NCBI GenBank assembly: GCA_951406725.2 | Contig: OX597826.1 | Coordinates: 69,006,001-69,070,000 of the forward strand | Direction of reading: 5' to 3' | Origin: Octopus vulgaris | Taxonomy: Eukaryota | Length of the DNA: 64,000 bases | In this document: one piece after another, positions 15,121 to 29,324 of the stretch | How positions within the stretch are numbered: the first letter of the stretch is position 1 | Layout of the letters: each line of letters begins with the position of its first letter | Made by a program: the position numbers and the translations under genes | The notes under the pieces: model-generated | Databases searched by the model: none | Seen by the model: the letters and a program-made list of their open reading frames with translations, nothing else | What the model was told of the DNA's origin: nothing

Positions 15121-15277
15121 TAAGCTTGCTTCCCAACCACATGGTTCTGGGTTCGGTTCTGCTGTATGACACGTTCCGCGGGTAACATCTACTTATAGCC
15201 GTCTGCCAATCAAAACCTTTTGAGTGGATTAGATAACTGAAACTTAAAGAAGCCTGCCGTATATAAATATATGTATA

Positions 15278-15333
<56 letters not shown>
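15121..15333 (+). mobile_element. SINE family A, diverged 5' half ending in (TA)n
   Basis: Head and CORE-like segment recognisable. Confidence 0.75.
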
Positions 15334-15336
<3 letters not shown>

Positions 15337-15446
15337 GCTACCTTTGTTATTTAATTAAATTAAAGGCATACCAGCGAAAACAACGAGGTTCTCCTTGATA
15401 TTTATATCCATTTTCTTCTTGCATATAACCTAAACTACGGTTTACC

Positions 15447-15569
15447 CTTGTCACCTTGTCACAGATATCTGAGCTTTTGTCACCTTGTCACAAATATCTG
15501 AGCTCTTGTCATCTTGTCACAGATATCTGACCTCTTGTCACCTTGTCACGGTTATCTGTGCTCTTGTCA
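15447..15569. repeat. 29-bp minisatellite x4 (CTTGTCACCTTGTCACAGATATCTGAGCT)
   Basis: Four near-identical tandem units. Confidence 0.9.
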
Positions 15570-15709
15570 ACTTGAGTATGTCTTTTGATTTAACTACCCA
15601 TGACTTCTCTTGATAAATAAAAAAAATCGTTCTTCTGGTGTTCTATTACGATAGAACTACTGGAATTTCCAAATTAGGATACTTGGACACCTTTCTATTG
15701 TCTTATAAT

Positions 15710-15905
15710 TTATTTGTTTGATTCATTGGACTGCGGCCATGCTTAACTCGAATAAATCCACCCCTGGACGTATCTTGTGTTAAGCCTGGTACTTATTCTA
15801 TCGGTCTCTTATTTCTGCTAAGGTACAGAAAACAGAATCACCAACACTGGTTGTCAAACGGTGAATCGGAGAGAAGCATGGGCACAAAGGCACAATCACA
15901 CACAC
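15710..15905 (-). mobile_element. SINE family A, diverged 3' half
   Basis: GACTGCGGCCATGCT..GTACTTATTCTATCGGTCTCTT..GGTTGTCAA. Confidence 0.65.
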
Positions 15906-16459
15906 ATATTGTTTGTGTGGACTAATTATTTTCACCTAATTAGGTACCTTAATTTAAATACTTCATTGAACTGAAACTTAATCCTTTATATCTATAAAGA
16001 CGACATTATAATGGAATAACTACTGTGAAGCATTGTATAGAATATATTGTATAAAAGATCGTGGGTGTAGGTCAAAATAATGCGAAGTAAATGCAAGGTA
16101 AATCACAAGAAAACAAATATGTGAATTAATGTAGACTTACCTTGTATTCAATATTTCGGGGTTATGACCCCATTTTTAAGCAATTGACGAATATTGCCGA
16201 TGTGCGTTTTTGTGAGCGTGTGTGAAGTGGACATACGAAAGAAGGGTGTTGTTATAGCAACCAGCTGGCTTCCGTATGTACGAACATGATTTAAGACAAG
16301 CGAGATAAAATGAAGTCTATACTAAGGTCAGCGGGATTAATGCAAAAAATAGTTTCACACTTAATGTAGATACTAATTAAATCAATTTGAAAAAAATTAA
16401 TTTAATTTAAATAATTATATACTACGGTCTTCAATTGTATACTCCATACTTTATGAAAA

Positions 16460-16845
16460 GTGGAGGCGCAATGGCCCAGTGGTTAGGGCAGCGGACTCGC
16501 GGTCATAGGATCGCGGTTTCGATTCCCAGACCGGGCGTTGTAAGTGTTTATTGAGCGAAATCACCTAAAAAGCTCCACGAGGCTCCGGCAGGCGGTGGTG
16601 GTGATCCCTGCTGTACTCTTTCACCACAACTTTCTCTCATTCTTACTTCCTGTTTCTGTTGTACCTGTATTTCAAGGGGCCGGCCTTGTCACTCTCTGTG
16701 TCACACTGAATATCCCCGAGAACTACGTTCAGTGTGCACGTGTCTGTGGAGTGCTCAGCCACTTACACGTTAATTTCACGAGCAGGCTGTTCCGTTGATT
16801 CGGATCAACTGGAACCCTCATCGTCGTAACCGACGGAGTGCTTCC
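16460..16845 (+). mobile_element. SINE family C (tRNA-derived head with A/B boxes, tail type 1), full length with 12-bp TSD
   Basis: TGGCCCAGTGG A box and GTTTCGATTCC B box; ACTTTATGAAAA duplicated at 16448-16459 and 16846-16857. Confidence 0.9.
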
Positions 16846-17499
16846 ACTTTATGAAAAATATGCATAACTTTAAGGTATATTTACCTTTATTTATCCACAT
16901 CAATTCGTAATTCAAGGTATACAACATGTTAAAATAGTAAGACAGAAGTCCTGGCATTCAATACGTATGGAGTTTGGTTTTTGTAACTGCTCTTCTCCCC
17001 CTCTCTATATCCTTATATATGAGTTTTCACACGGCTAGAAAACCGATTATAGTAGCGACTCCATTTAAGACTTTCTGAAGAAGGAATATTATTCCGAAAT
17101 ATCATATCAGACTATGGGTGACTTAATTACAACAGGTATATAGCCCATTGTTTGTATTATAGTGCATTGTTGTACTATTCAAAACTTTTTATTCTTTACA
17201 GGCAATACACAATGCTTCAAGCGAACTACAATGTTCTCCTAATATACATTATGCTTGTGCGTTTGCATGTATAAATCTTTCTCCACCAAGGATGATCTTG
17301 CCTAATGCTTGGGAATGAGGCAATGGGTTTTTTTCTTTGAACTCGCCATTTCTGCTGCTGCTGCTGCTGCTGCTGATATTTTTAGCAATATTAAAAACAG
17401 CATAGACAACTTCAGAATCCCCACTAATACCACCACCACAACCATCACCACCACCACCACCACCACCGCTAATAATAATGGTCCTTTCTACTAGAGGCA

Positions 17500-17622
17500 T
17501 TTATTTAATCGACCTCGAAAGGATGAAAATCAAAGTCGACTTCGGCAGAATTTGAACTCGGAACGTAGCGACGGGCGAAATACAGCTAAGCATTTCGTCC
17601 AGCGTGCTAACGGTTCTGTCAG
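17500..17622 (-). mobile_element. SINE family B fragment (tRNA-like head + Meta-like domain)
   Basis: Matches the reverse complement of 54375-54510. Confidence 0.8.
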
Positions 17623-17639
17623 TGCATAAATAATGTTGT

Positions 17640-17658
17640 TGATGATAATAATAACGAC

Positions 17659-17754
<96 letters not shown>

Positions 17755-17869
17755 CTCGACTTGTACTTATCGCTGGTGTATGCCAGATAAAAATAATTCT
17801 AAATATGAATATTTGAAGCAAGTAATCACTCTTGGAAAATTTCGTCAATATATTTCGCATAAAACTATT

Positions 17870-17925
<56 letters not shown>

Positions 17926-18066
17926 TTGCTACTATTACTACTATTGCCGCTGCTAGACTTCCAAATAGTACTCTAGTTTAAAACACCTCTCTCGATGATT
18001 TCCCACGGGAGATACATGTCTTACATGTTAATCTTCTTCTTATAGCTACTGCTTCTTAAACTACTA

Positions 18067-18143
<77 letters not shown>

Positions 18144-18284
18144 GCTACTACTACTACTACAACTACTACTACTAATCCTAGTAGCAGTATTGCTGCTGAA
18201 GTTGCTGTTGCTAACACCACTGCTTTTGTTGCATCCGACAATTATGATGATAATGACGACGACGACGACGATGATGATGATGAC

Positions 18285-18320
<36 letters not shown>

Positions 18321-18349
18321 AGTGATGATGATGATGATGATGATGATAG

Positions 18350-18380
<31 letters not shown>

Positions 18381-19211
18381 AGTGTTGATGATGACGAGGG
18401 GCAGGAGGAGGAGGAGGTGGAGGAGGACGGTGATTATGATGAAGGTGATGATGATGACGATGATGATGTCTCCTCAAATTCATCATCATTCACAGTAAAC
18501 AAACTATCAATACAACACTACCATCATCACCATCACCATCACCATCAGCAATACGACCCTCACATGCAGCAGCGCCACCACCACCACCACCACCGCCAAC
18601 ATTTCGGCATCACCTGCACCACAGAGACAGCACCATAGCCACAGCACCACCAGCACCATCTCCATCAACCTTTTCACTCTCTAGCAGCATCTGATCAAAA
18701 CACTCAACGCCACTATCTTCATCTCTAGTACGAAAACCAACAGCAAGGGTACCAACACCACCACCATTATCATCACCACTGCAGCATTGCTGATATTGAT
18801 GTCGTCGTCGTCGTCGTGATCATTAAAATCATCGTCATCATCATCAACATTCTCATCATCATGATCATCAGTATTGTCATTATCCTTGTCCTCCACTTCA
18901 TCATAATCATCATCATCATCATCATCATCATCATTACTTTCATCATCATCGTCATCGTCATTATCACCATCAACATTTTCATCATCATCATCATCATCAT
19001 CATCATAATAATAATAGTAATAATAATTATAATAATCATAACCATCATTACGATCATTCTCATTATCTGCATCTACATTATCATCATCCCCCTTGTCGTT
19101 TTTATCATCATCATCATTCTTATCATCATCATTCTTATCATCCTCATAATGATCATCATCATCATCATCATCGTCATCATCATCATCATCATTCTTATCA
19201 TCCTCATAATG

Positions 19212-19243
<32 letters not shown>

Positions 19244-19328
19244 CATCATCATCTTCATCATAATTATCATCATCATCATCATCATCTTCATCATAATTAT
19301 CATCATCATCATCGTCATCATTATCATC

Positions 19329-19367
<39 letters not shown>

Positions 19368-19640
19368 GTCATCATCGTCATCATCGTCATCTTCCTCCTC
19401 ATCATCAATATCGCCATCATCATCTTTCTTGTCATCATCATCATCTGCATTATTATCATCACCTTCCTCCTCATCATCGACAGCATCAACATCTTTCCTC
19501 ATCATCAGTACAACCATCTTCATCGTTGTCATCGCATACATCATCACTCCCATAATTACTAATACCGTCATCACTGTCGACTTCCCCGTCGTTGTCATCG
19601 TCGTTATCTGAAGACACTCATCGCCATTGTCATCGCGATT
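17640..19640. repeat. Cluster of trinucleotide microsatellites (TAA, ACT, ATG/CAT, CAC) with decayed tracts
   Basis: Direct observation; produces the poly-D/I/M/H pseudo-ORFs. Confidence 0.95.
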
Positions 19641-20164
19641 CATCGTCGTCGTCTTCGTCCTCGTAATCGTCACAATCAAACCGCTGCATTCGTCACGATA
19701 TTCCTTTACATTCATCCCTGTGTCTTCATACCACCAACAGTTACTGGCTTTTTTTTCTTTCTTATTTCCTTCCTCTCTTTCGCATCTTCCTACCTCTTCT
19801 TATGCAATAACTACTTAACGTTTTTTTCTATCCGCCCCATATCCTCCTCCACCGCCTCATTCACCCACTTCACTTTTACATTCATCACCGTTTTTTTTTT
19901 AATCCTATGTCTTCTCCTCCGTCTTCTAGTAGTACCTTATCTTTTTTCTTCACACACGCAGACACACACACACACACAAACACACGCACAACGACACACG
20001 CAGACACACACATACACACACACACACACAAACTCACCTATATATATACATATACATGCAGATTTATATGTTGATGATGATGATGATGACGACGACGACG
20101 ACGAAGATAATCGTGATAAGGATGTGGTTGATAATGATGATGATTACGAAAACGATGATGATGA

Positions 20165-20180
20165 CGTAATATATATATAA

Positions 20181-20232
<52 letters not shown>

Positions 20233-20248
20233 TAAATATATATATATA

Positions 20249-20291
<43 letters not shown>

Positions 20292-20383
20292 GCACATGTA
20301 TAAACACATGTATATACACACATACACATATATATATATATATACACATATATATACAGACATATAGGCACACATATATATAC

Positions 20384-20415
<32 letters not shown>

Positions 20416-20420
20416 TATAT

Positions 20421-20479
<59 letters not shown>

Positions 20480-21010
20480 TATTTACAGGTAGGTATATCT
20501 ATAAAATATCTAGATATCTGTATGTAGAAGTACATGGAGATGTTTTCATGTATAAATCTGAGTGCATACATACGCATGAATATATAAAACAAAAATATGT
20601 AAAAACAACAGAAACGCATATGTTTTTGTGTGTGTGTCTGTGTGTGCGTGTTTGTATACATATATTCATATTTGTGTAAGTCTGTGTGTGCTTTTGCACA
20701 TATGTACGCCACAATTTACGTACAAACAAATACATGCATAGATAGATATATATATATGTACACACACATATATCTACATATATATACATATACATATATG
20801 TATATATATGTGTACATATATAAATATATACATGCATATATATCTATAAATATATACATGCATATATATATATGTATATGTATATATATGTATGTATATG
20901 TAAATATATATACATATATGTCTTTTATGTATGTATATATATATACATATATATTCGTGAGTGTTAGAGCATGTATGTATATCAATGCATAACTTCATAT
21001 TTACATACAC
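20165..21010. repeat. Decayed (TA)n/(TACA)n low-complexity tract
   Basis: Direct observation. Confidence 0.9.
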
Positions 21011-21187
21011 TTCCATATCTATTCCAGACAGCTGTAGGTCTCGAAAATATTGATAACAGACATCTTATAACGCGTTAAAATATAGAGACGTCTATAATAT
21101 TTTATCTTAAATTTTTTACACGTTAGTCTCATTGGACTGCGGCCATGATAGGGCTGTATTTGAATACGTCGACTGTATACCTGTTCA

Positions 21188-21357
21188 TATTCTTTTCTTC
21201 TCTAGGCACAAGGCCCGAAATTTTGGGGGAGGGCCCAGTCGATTAGATCGATCTCAGTACGCAACTGGTACTTAATTTATCGACTTCGAAACGATGAAAG
21301 GTAAAGTCGATTTCGACGGAATTTGAACTCAGAACGTAAAGGCAGACGAAATGCCGC
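21188..21357 (-). mobile_element. SINE family B variant-tail fragment
   Basis: Same tail as 29325-29490 and 30440-30508. Confidence 0.75.
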
Positions 21358-21737
21358 TCTCAGTTCATATTTCAAGACAAATGTTTACATCGGTGTCCAT
21401 TTATGCGACTGCTATTGCACATTTTTAACAAGAAGGTACTTGACTGACTCTACACTTGGGTTTCACCAATTATTGTAAACATAAAAACATGCCAGCACAC
21501 GCAAGTATAATATATACGCAGATATGATGGCTGCAAACTCGTATTTGTGTATTGTCTTCGCCTAAACGAAATTCCTACACATGTGAGGCTAGGGAACAAC
21601 CAGCCATTTTTGTGACGGGTCTTAATTTTTGAAGCGTGCTTGTGCAAAATAAGATTCTTTTATAGTGGGGTATGGATTTGGGCAGATCCAATTCCACTCT
21701 TTGTACATGGACAAAATAAACTCAAAAAGAAGAACTA

Positions 21738-21887
21738 GGCGCAGGAGTGGCTGTGTGATAAGTAGCTTGCTAACCAACCACATGGTTCCGGGTTCAGTCC
21801 CGCTGCGTGGCATCTTGGGCAAGTGTCTTCTGCTATAGCCCCGGACCGACCAAAGCCTTGTGAGTGGATTTGGTAGACGGAAACTGA
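21738..21887 (+). mobile_element. SINE family A 5' fragment
   Basis: GGCGCAGGAGTGGCTGTG..GGAAACTGA, truncated before the microsatellite. Confidence 0.85.
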
Positions 21888-22636
21888 GTTTTCTCTCAAA
21901 GTTTCACCTCTCCGAGAGGAATGTTGTGACAAAAACAGAGGGGACCCCCACTGCCAGTGGGTCAGTCAGAGGCCTGGACACCAGCCCAGGTATTTCCACG
22001 TCGCCGTGCATACATGCATGCATACATACATATCTACACAAATTGTTGGATGGCCGTTGACTGCTCATGAGAGCTCTTCGTACTGTACGGAGTCCAACAT
22101 TCCCTCCTCACCAAGCCAGCTAGATAGGGTTGCCAGTTTAGTCACCGACGACCCCACCATACTACAGGTTGTACTGGGTTACATATTACTTGTAGAGCCC
22201 AGGAGCGACATACGCAGACACATACGCTCATACACATAAACATCGTATGCATGCACATGTACACGCAGACATACGTACACATATACACACACATACACCT
22301 ACACATATCCACATATATATTTTTTATATATGTGTGTATATGTATATTATGTACTGGCAATGGATGTAATGTCCTCAATTGAGGAAATTCACTATCGGCG
22401 GACGTTTTTGATGTGATATTTATAAGGTACTTAAGGAAAACATCTGTTACTTAAGTTTCATCTTAGCAATTCTATTTGATAAGTGCTTTATAAATATCAT
22501 ATCAAAATCTACAATCGATATTATGTTCTCTGCACTCCGCCAATGAACACCCAGTCACATTTATACACAAATACACACATATACTCATGTCCAGACACAC
22601 ATATGCACACACACACACATATACACACATCTATGT

Positions 22637-22703
<67 letters not shown>

Positions 22704-22807
22704 TATTAATAATAATAACAATAATAATAACAATAACAACAACAACAACAACAAAAACAACAACAACAACAACAATAATAATAATAATAATGATAATAAT
22801 AATGATG

Positions 22808-22888
<81 letters not shown>

Positions 22889-22890
22889 TT

Positions 22891-23663
22891 AAATGCCCTG
22901 ATGCGGTAGCACATAGTAGCTCTTATGGCTTCTAGGCTTAACTTATTGGAAGTGTTATCATGTACATTGTTTGACTTCGTATAAAATATGGGCTACAGCA
23001 AAATATTCTGCTCAGTACCACAGATTTGCTTGTCAGTTGTTTGACCTTAACCAGTTGAGCATGTGGCTGACAATATGTACATTTCCGATCTTGAGCAGAA
23101 GTAGTGGGGGAGTATCATAGCCGTGTGTTGAAAGGCATTCTTAGAGGTTTGGATAATTCACCTTTGGAAACCTGGATGATTCGTTCAACATCCTTAACCC
23201 TTTAGTGTTCCGATTATTCTATCAAACATAATGCTTATTGATTGCCATTGATTTGAATTAATCATGCATTTTCTCATATCTTCAAGATCTTGATGGTGTA
23301 ACTACTTAATGTAGAATAACATTGTAGGGTAGGTGTGAGAGCCTGGATCTGGTCAGTTTGAACATAAAACAGATTAACTATTTTGGCCGGATATGGCCGG
23401 TTTAAATACTAAAGGGTTAAACAAGCCTTATTCAGGGACCGTTTGAGAGGGATGGGTTACTCGACCAGAAGAAAATTCTAACTGAGCCCCACCTGCTAGG
23501 TCATGCGCTGTTTGTCTCGAAAAGAGATCACCATGTCGCTCACATATGCTTGTAATGCATGTGCCTGGTGTACCCTTATCAGATGGGTAGTAATGATGAG
23601 TATACTGGGCTTCGTATATTTTACTGCAGTGTCACTTTGATGGCATGCACTGCTCTCTCACTC
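22891..23663 (+). mobile_element. Non-coding interspersed repeat (family E) embedded in (AAT)n arrays
   Basis: Second copy at 55028-55454 (minus); (AAT)n at 22636-22890 and 23664-23728. Confidence 0.8.
23198..23416. mobile_element. piggyBac-type MITE with TTAA target duplication
   Basis: TTAA|CCCTTTAGT...ACTAAAGGG|TTAA; the family E copy near 55146 has a single TTAA at the same site. Confidence 0.85.
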
Positions 23664-23667
23664 AATG

Positions 23668-23729
<62 letters not shown>

Positions 23730-23937
23730 CTTTTCTACTAGAAGCACATGTCTTCAAAATTGGCGGTGATGGTGTTATGGTTCTTGTTATTTAGACAGAG
23801 ATAAATATACAAAACTAATGCCGCAAAGCCACGGTGGAAACCTCTGAGTGGTGGTGCACCCTGGAAGAATTCGCAGACACATCACTGGCAGTTCTACTGT
23901 TTTTGATGGACAAAATGTTGCAGCAGATTGTACAGCA

Positions 23938-24094
23938 AGAGTGGCTGTGTTGTAAGTAGCTTGCTGACCAACCACATGGTTCTGGGTTCAGTCCCACTGC
24001 GTGGCACCTTAGGCAAGTGTCTTCTAGTATAGCCTCGAGCCAACCAAAGCCTTGTGAGTGGATTTGGTAGACGGAAACTGAAAGAAGTCCGTCG

Positions 24095-24143
<49 letters not shown>

Positions 24144-24349
24144 TTGTGTGTCTCTGTCCCCTAACATCGCTTGATAACCGATGCTGGTGTGTTTACGTCC
24201 CCGTAACTTAGCGGTTCGGCCAAAGAGACCGATAGAATAAGTAATAAGCTTACAAAGAATATGTCCTGGGGTCGATTTCTTCGACTAAAGGCGGTGCTCC
24301 AGCATGGCCAGAGTCAAATGACTGAAACAAGTAAAAGAGTAAAAGAGTA
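23938..24349 (+). mobile_element. SINE family A, full length
   Basis: Head, internal microsatellite and GTAAAAGA x2 tail. Confidence 0.9.
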
Positions 24350-24360
24350 ATCATATCTAA

Positions 24361-24537
24361 CCTACTTCTTTACTACCCACAAGGGACTAAACACAGAGAG
24401 GACAAACAAGGACAGACAAACGGATTAAGTCGATTATATCGACCCCTGTGCGTAACTGGTACTTATTTAATCGACCCCGAAAGGCTGAAAGGCAAAGTCG
24501 ACCTCGGCGGAATTTGAACTCACAATGTAACGGCAGA
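24361..24537 (-). mobile_element. SINE family B, headless 3' part
   Basis: Matches the 183-bp units at 29491-30041. Confidence 0.85.
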
Positions 24538-24672
24538 ATCTAACCAAAAGGAGGAAACGATTACGGCTTTCTATTTCCATAAAGGGGAAAAAATGAAGTA
24601 AATATTCCTAAATAAATCTGTAATATCCTTAAGAACGAGTCTTTACAACATTTCCATTGATCTAATGTAAAT

Positions 24673-25070
24673 AGGCGCAGGAGTGGCTGTGTGGTAAGTA
24701 GCTTGCCTACGAACCGCATGGTTCTGGGTTCAGTCCCACTGCGTGGCATCTTAGGCAAGTGTCTTTTGCTATAGCCCCGAGCCGACCAATGCCTTGTGAG
24801 TGGATTTGGTAGGCGGAAACTGAAAGAAGCCTGTCGTATATATGTATATATATGTATTTGTTTGTGTGTCTGTGTTTATCCCTCTAGCATTGCTTCACAA
24901 CCTATGCTGGTGTGTTTTCGTCCCCGTCACTTAGCGGTTCGGCAAAAGAGACCGATAGAATAAGTACTGGGCTTACAAAGAATAAGTCCCGGGGTCGATT
25001 TGCTCGACTAAAGGCGGTGCTCCAGCATGGCCGCAGTCAAATGACTGAAACAAGTAAAAGAGTAAAAGAG
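24673..25070 (+). mobile_element. SINE family A, full length, possible TSD TAATGTAA
   Basis: TAATGTAA at 24663-24670 and 25071-25078. Confidence 0.9.
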
Positions 25071-25630
25071 TAATGTAACCCAGAATATTGTAGTTTGTAC
25101 AGAAAAACACAATTAAAGCGCTACACCGTATTCGAACTCTGATATCTGCAAGATTTACTAAGTATCTACTGAGCCATACAACCTCAACTAAAGAGAACAT
25201 GTGTCGTCTATTTATTAGTTCCTGTTAATCGATTATCAATTCGTGTTTATGTATAGACAAAGGAAAACATAACTCATTGAGAGCTTCATGATCAGAGAAC
25301 ATTGAAACTTCCGGTTTTTGTCTCTTAAACAAATTTCACTTTTCAAGTGCATTATGCCTTTACACACATATGCACAAATGTATGCAAGTATATATGTATG
25401 TATGTATGTATATCTCACACACTAGATGTATCTGCATATATGTATCTATTTGTATCTTCATATACATATGCATAGATTACACACACATATGTATATATCT
25501 ATATACATATATACGTATGCATATACATGTATATATACATACATATGCATAAATATACACTCATATATATATATACTACATTATCTACATATATGTATCT
25601 ATTTGTATCTATATATACATATGCAAGGTT

Positions 25631-25681
<51 letters not shown>

Positions 25682-25802
25682 CGTATGCATATACATGTAT
25701 ATATGCATACATATACATAAATATACATATATATACAGACACACAACTAGTTATCTGAATGCTTATGGCTAAGCGGAATCATATATATATACACATATAT
25801 AT

Positions 25803-25864
<62 letters not shown>

Positions 25865-26441
25865 ACACGAAGGAAGAGAGAGAGAGAGAGAAAGATAGAG
25901 ACAGAGAGAGAGAACGAGATGTGGTTAGAGTAATAAACAAGAGAAGGAACCTTCAAAACATGAAGTAGAGATTATTAATTTGATGATTTCCTTGGAAAAT
26001 ACTCAGATTTTCCTGTGTGTTACGATTTGTCACGCGACAAAAATACGCGCGCGCATGCAAACACACAGACATGTTTATGATACAGGGTTTTTGTTTATTA
26101 TACTAGCAATAAACGAGAAACATCAATAATGCACTCAGCAAACTAAAGAACGCAATGGTTTATTAGGTAGTAGAACAATCTAATATATTTATTAAAGCTG
26201 AAAAATCGAGGTACAAAGTTACCGTAATATATTATGAGTAAATAAGTGGCTAAGTTAATTTAGAATGTAAACATAAAAGAAGGAAGGTGATGTTGTATAG
26301 TCATAAAGTATTATGAAGTGAAAATGAGTGTGTCGGTTTTAGATTTATAAAATAGTGGAAGCGAACGTAACCAGAAACGAAGAAGAATGATCGAAATTAC
26401 TTCAGCTTGTTCACATATTAAAAGAAATCAGTGAGTGAAGT

Positions 26442-26747
26442 GTGTGTTCTTTCTTGAGCCATGCTTGGCTCATAAGGGCCGGTTTCCCGGTTTCTGTGGT
26501 GTATAGGTTCCCCCACCTGGACGGGACGCCAGTCCGTCGCAGGTGAGCTCAGCAAGATGCAGGAGGAAAGAGTGAGAGAACGTCGTGGCGAAAGAGTCAG
26601 CAGAAGTTCGCCTTTACCTTCTGCCGGAGCTGCGTGGGGCTTAGGTGTTTCGCTCATAAACACACACATCACCCTGACTGAGATTCGAACCCGCGATTCC
26701 TCGTCCGCGAGTCCGCTGCTCTAACCACAAGGCAATGAGCCTCCACG
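26442..26747 (-). mobile_element. SINE with C-type head and tail type 2 (V-domain-like GCGACGGACTGGCGTCCCGTCCAGG)
   Basis: Head resembles 16460; tail resembles 58955-59050; possible TSD AGTGAAGT at 26434 and 26750. Confidence 0.8.
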
Positions 26748-28154
26748 CAAGTGAAGTATTTTATATGATTTCAAATTTGCCATACAAATTTAAGAGCGAA
26801 GTGTTCTGATGAATTTAAAGTCGTACATGTACAATGTTCTCTAAAGATTTACACGTCTGGTATTTCCAATTAGTGAATGAACACGTAAAGATGAAATCAT
26901 GTCTGTGATGAGAGCCTGAGACAAATTTAAGAGGTTGTTTTAGTTGAATTGGAAATGATTACTGAATAATGACGAAAAGAAATCTAATTTTTGTGATCTT
27001 AATTATACCGATGTGTATAATATTTATCGTGTGTATAGAAATGGGAAACGTTATTAGCTGTAATTTGTAGTTTTAGAAAGATCTGAAAGAGTTTTCTATG
27101 TTATGAAGAAATGGCTAGACATGTTGTTTCGAACAGAATTTCTCTCTTCGGTGAAAAATACTCCGTACTTTTAATTTAATTCTTGCCTGGCTAGCTTTCG
27201 TTCATAACTGTAGATGTATTGTTTATAGATTTCCATATCCAAAAAACTATTTTCAGCTTATCTCAAATTCGTCACTGAGGTGAAGAAATCACGCCGAAAC
27301 ACCAGTTTCTTGCAACCCGCCTGTGATATGAACGATGCCTTGTGTTTTTAACACACAAGTCTCTTCGCGAAGTTTTTCTGACGTAAGTCATTACAGCGAA
27401 TGTCCTTACCTCTGCTTATTATGCATATTATAAATGGTATATAGACCGGTGTTTAAATAACGGTTGTTTCAGGTTTATTTACGTTATTGGGTTAGAAGAA
27501 AACAAAACACCTTCTGAAGTAGTATCAAATATGAGATAGCTCCTAAATTGTGTACTCAGAGACATTTCGACTAATCAATAGCACTAATTATATACCAATA
27601 AAACTACTTTGAGAGGAATAATACGGAGATTCATAATGATAGCTGACGAAGATATAGACAGTTAATTTAGTAAAGCTACCATAGTCAACTAATGATTACT
27701 TCACTAAAATTACAAATCGTTAAAAGTGTAACGAATTATTTACCAGTCTAATTTTGAATATTTTAAACAATTTACATTGAGTACAATATATTATAGATAC
27801 TAAGTGCATTCCAACAGTTTTAAGACATTTTCAGGAGCGATAGTCATTAATTTCAAACAACTATAGGTCTCACAATGATTCTTAAATTTTTGGCATTTTT
27901 TCTTTTGTTTTTTGTTTTTTTTTGTCATAAAAATAATGCTATGTTTATTATGCATTAAGTATTGTCTCTCTGTATGCTAAAGTTTTCTAGAAATATCCTT
28001 TGATCATTTTCAAAGATACGAAAGTATGAAATGTTTTCTTAATCGTAACTGGAATTTTGTTACATTATTTTATTTGGAAATCTTTTTGGTTAAAACTAGC
28101 ATAGATCATCCGCAATGTTATGAATTGTTTCGGATATGCATACACCACATAGAT

Positions 28155-28317
28155 AGGCGCAGTAGTGGCTGTGTGGTAAGAAGCTTGCTTACCAGCCACA
28201 TGGTTCTGGGTTCATTCCCACTGCGTGGCACCTTGGGTAAGTGTCTTCTACTATAGCCTCGGGCCGACCAAAGCCTTGTGAGTGGATTTGGTAGACGGAA
28301 ACTGAAAGAAGCCCGTC

Positions 28318-28380
<63 letters not shown>

Positions 28381-28643
28381 TGTGTGTGTGTGTGTGTATG
28401 TGTGTGTGTGTGTGTATGTGTATGCTTGTGTATCTGTGTTTGTCCCACCAACTTCGCTTGACAACCGATGCTGTTGTGTTTACGTCCCCGTAACTTAGCG
28501 GTTCGGCAAAAGAACACGATAGAATAAGTACTAGGCTCACAAAGAATAAGTCCTGGGGTCGATTTGCTCGACTAAAGACGGTGCTCCAGCATGGCCGCAT
28601 TCAAATGACTGAAACAAGTAAAAGAGTAAAGAGAGTAAAGAGT
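28155..28643 (+). mobile_element. SINE family A, full length
   Basis: Aligns with the other copies. Confidence 0.9.
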
Positions 28644-29324
28644 GTAGATGATATTTATCAGTTAAATCGTAGGAATTGAAGTGATTGTTTAGTAAAAGGG
28701 AAAAATTTAGTAAGCCCTCGAACAAAATATCTCGCTATATTTTCAACAAGTCCTTAAGATCTGATTTCGAGTCCTGCCTAGATAAATGATGATATCAAAA
28801 AAAATATAACACAAAGAAACTGGGAACAATATTTATCGATTATACCACTTTTTTTACTAAGAGGCCTCTTTTTCTATTTTACAAGTAAGTATTATTGTCT
28901 TTAAATATTACATGACTTTCTGCTGTAACACTAGGTGTCCTTCTATCTTGCAAATATCTGTCGCCGTGTGGTCTTTCAGGGATGCAGGGCAGTGATTGTG
29001 CACAACATCAATTTTAAAATGTTGTACACTAATTCGCGTGTTATGTAGTGTACGACAGCGTTAGATATATTATTTTGTTAAACTGTATCTGCGTTTCATG
29101 TGTAATAAGCGTGTTGTTTTCCGTATTTTAGTATCGGACGTTGCTTGTTTAGGGCATGTGGAGTGCGTGGGTGTGTGTAGGTGTGAGTGTTATATGTATT
29201 AGCTTTAGCGTCAGCATGTGAAGGTTCCTATAGTATTAATGGTTCCCACCTGTGTTGAATAACAGGTGTGTAATTGGTTTAGGTTAGATAGTCACGTGTC
29301 AGTTACGACAGCTTTTGTAATATA

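Noticed and set aside
16461-16536. tRNA gene
   Set aside because: Continues into the SINE body and is bounded by a TSD; acceptor stem imperfect.
18681-19715. 344-aa Asp-rich ORF resembling acidic biomineralisation proteins
   Set aside because: Decayed (CAT)n microsatellite open in several frames; no signal peptide or splice context.
25405-25740. ~155-bp tandem duplication (similar cases at 41018/41219 and 44262/44458)
   Set aside because: Ordinary local duplications in low-complexity DNA.
27270-27310. Hammerhead-like CTGAGG..CCGAAAC
   Set aside because: Core spacing is wrong and stems I and III are not formed.
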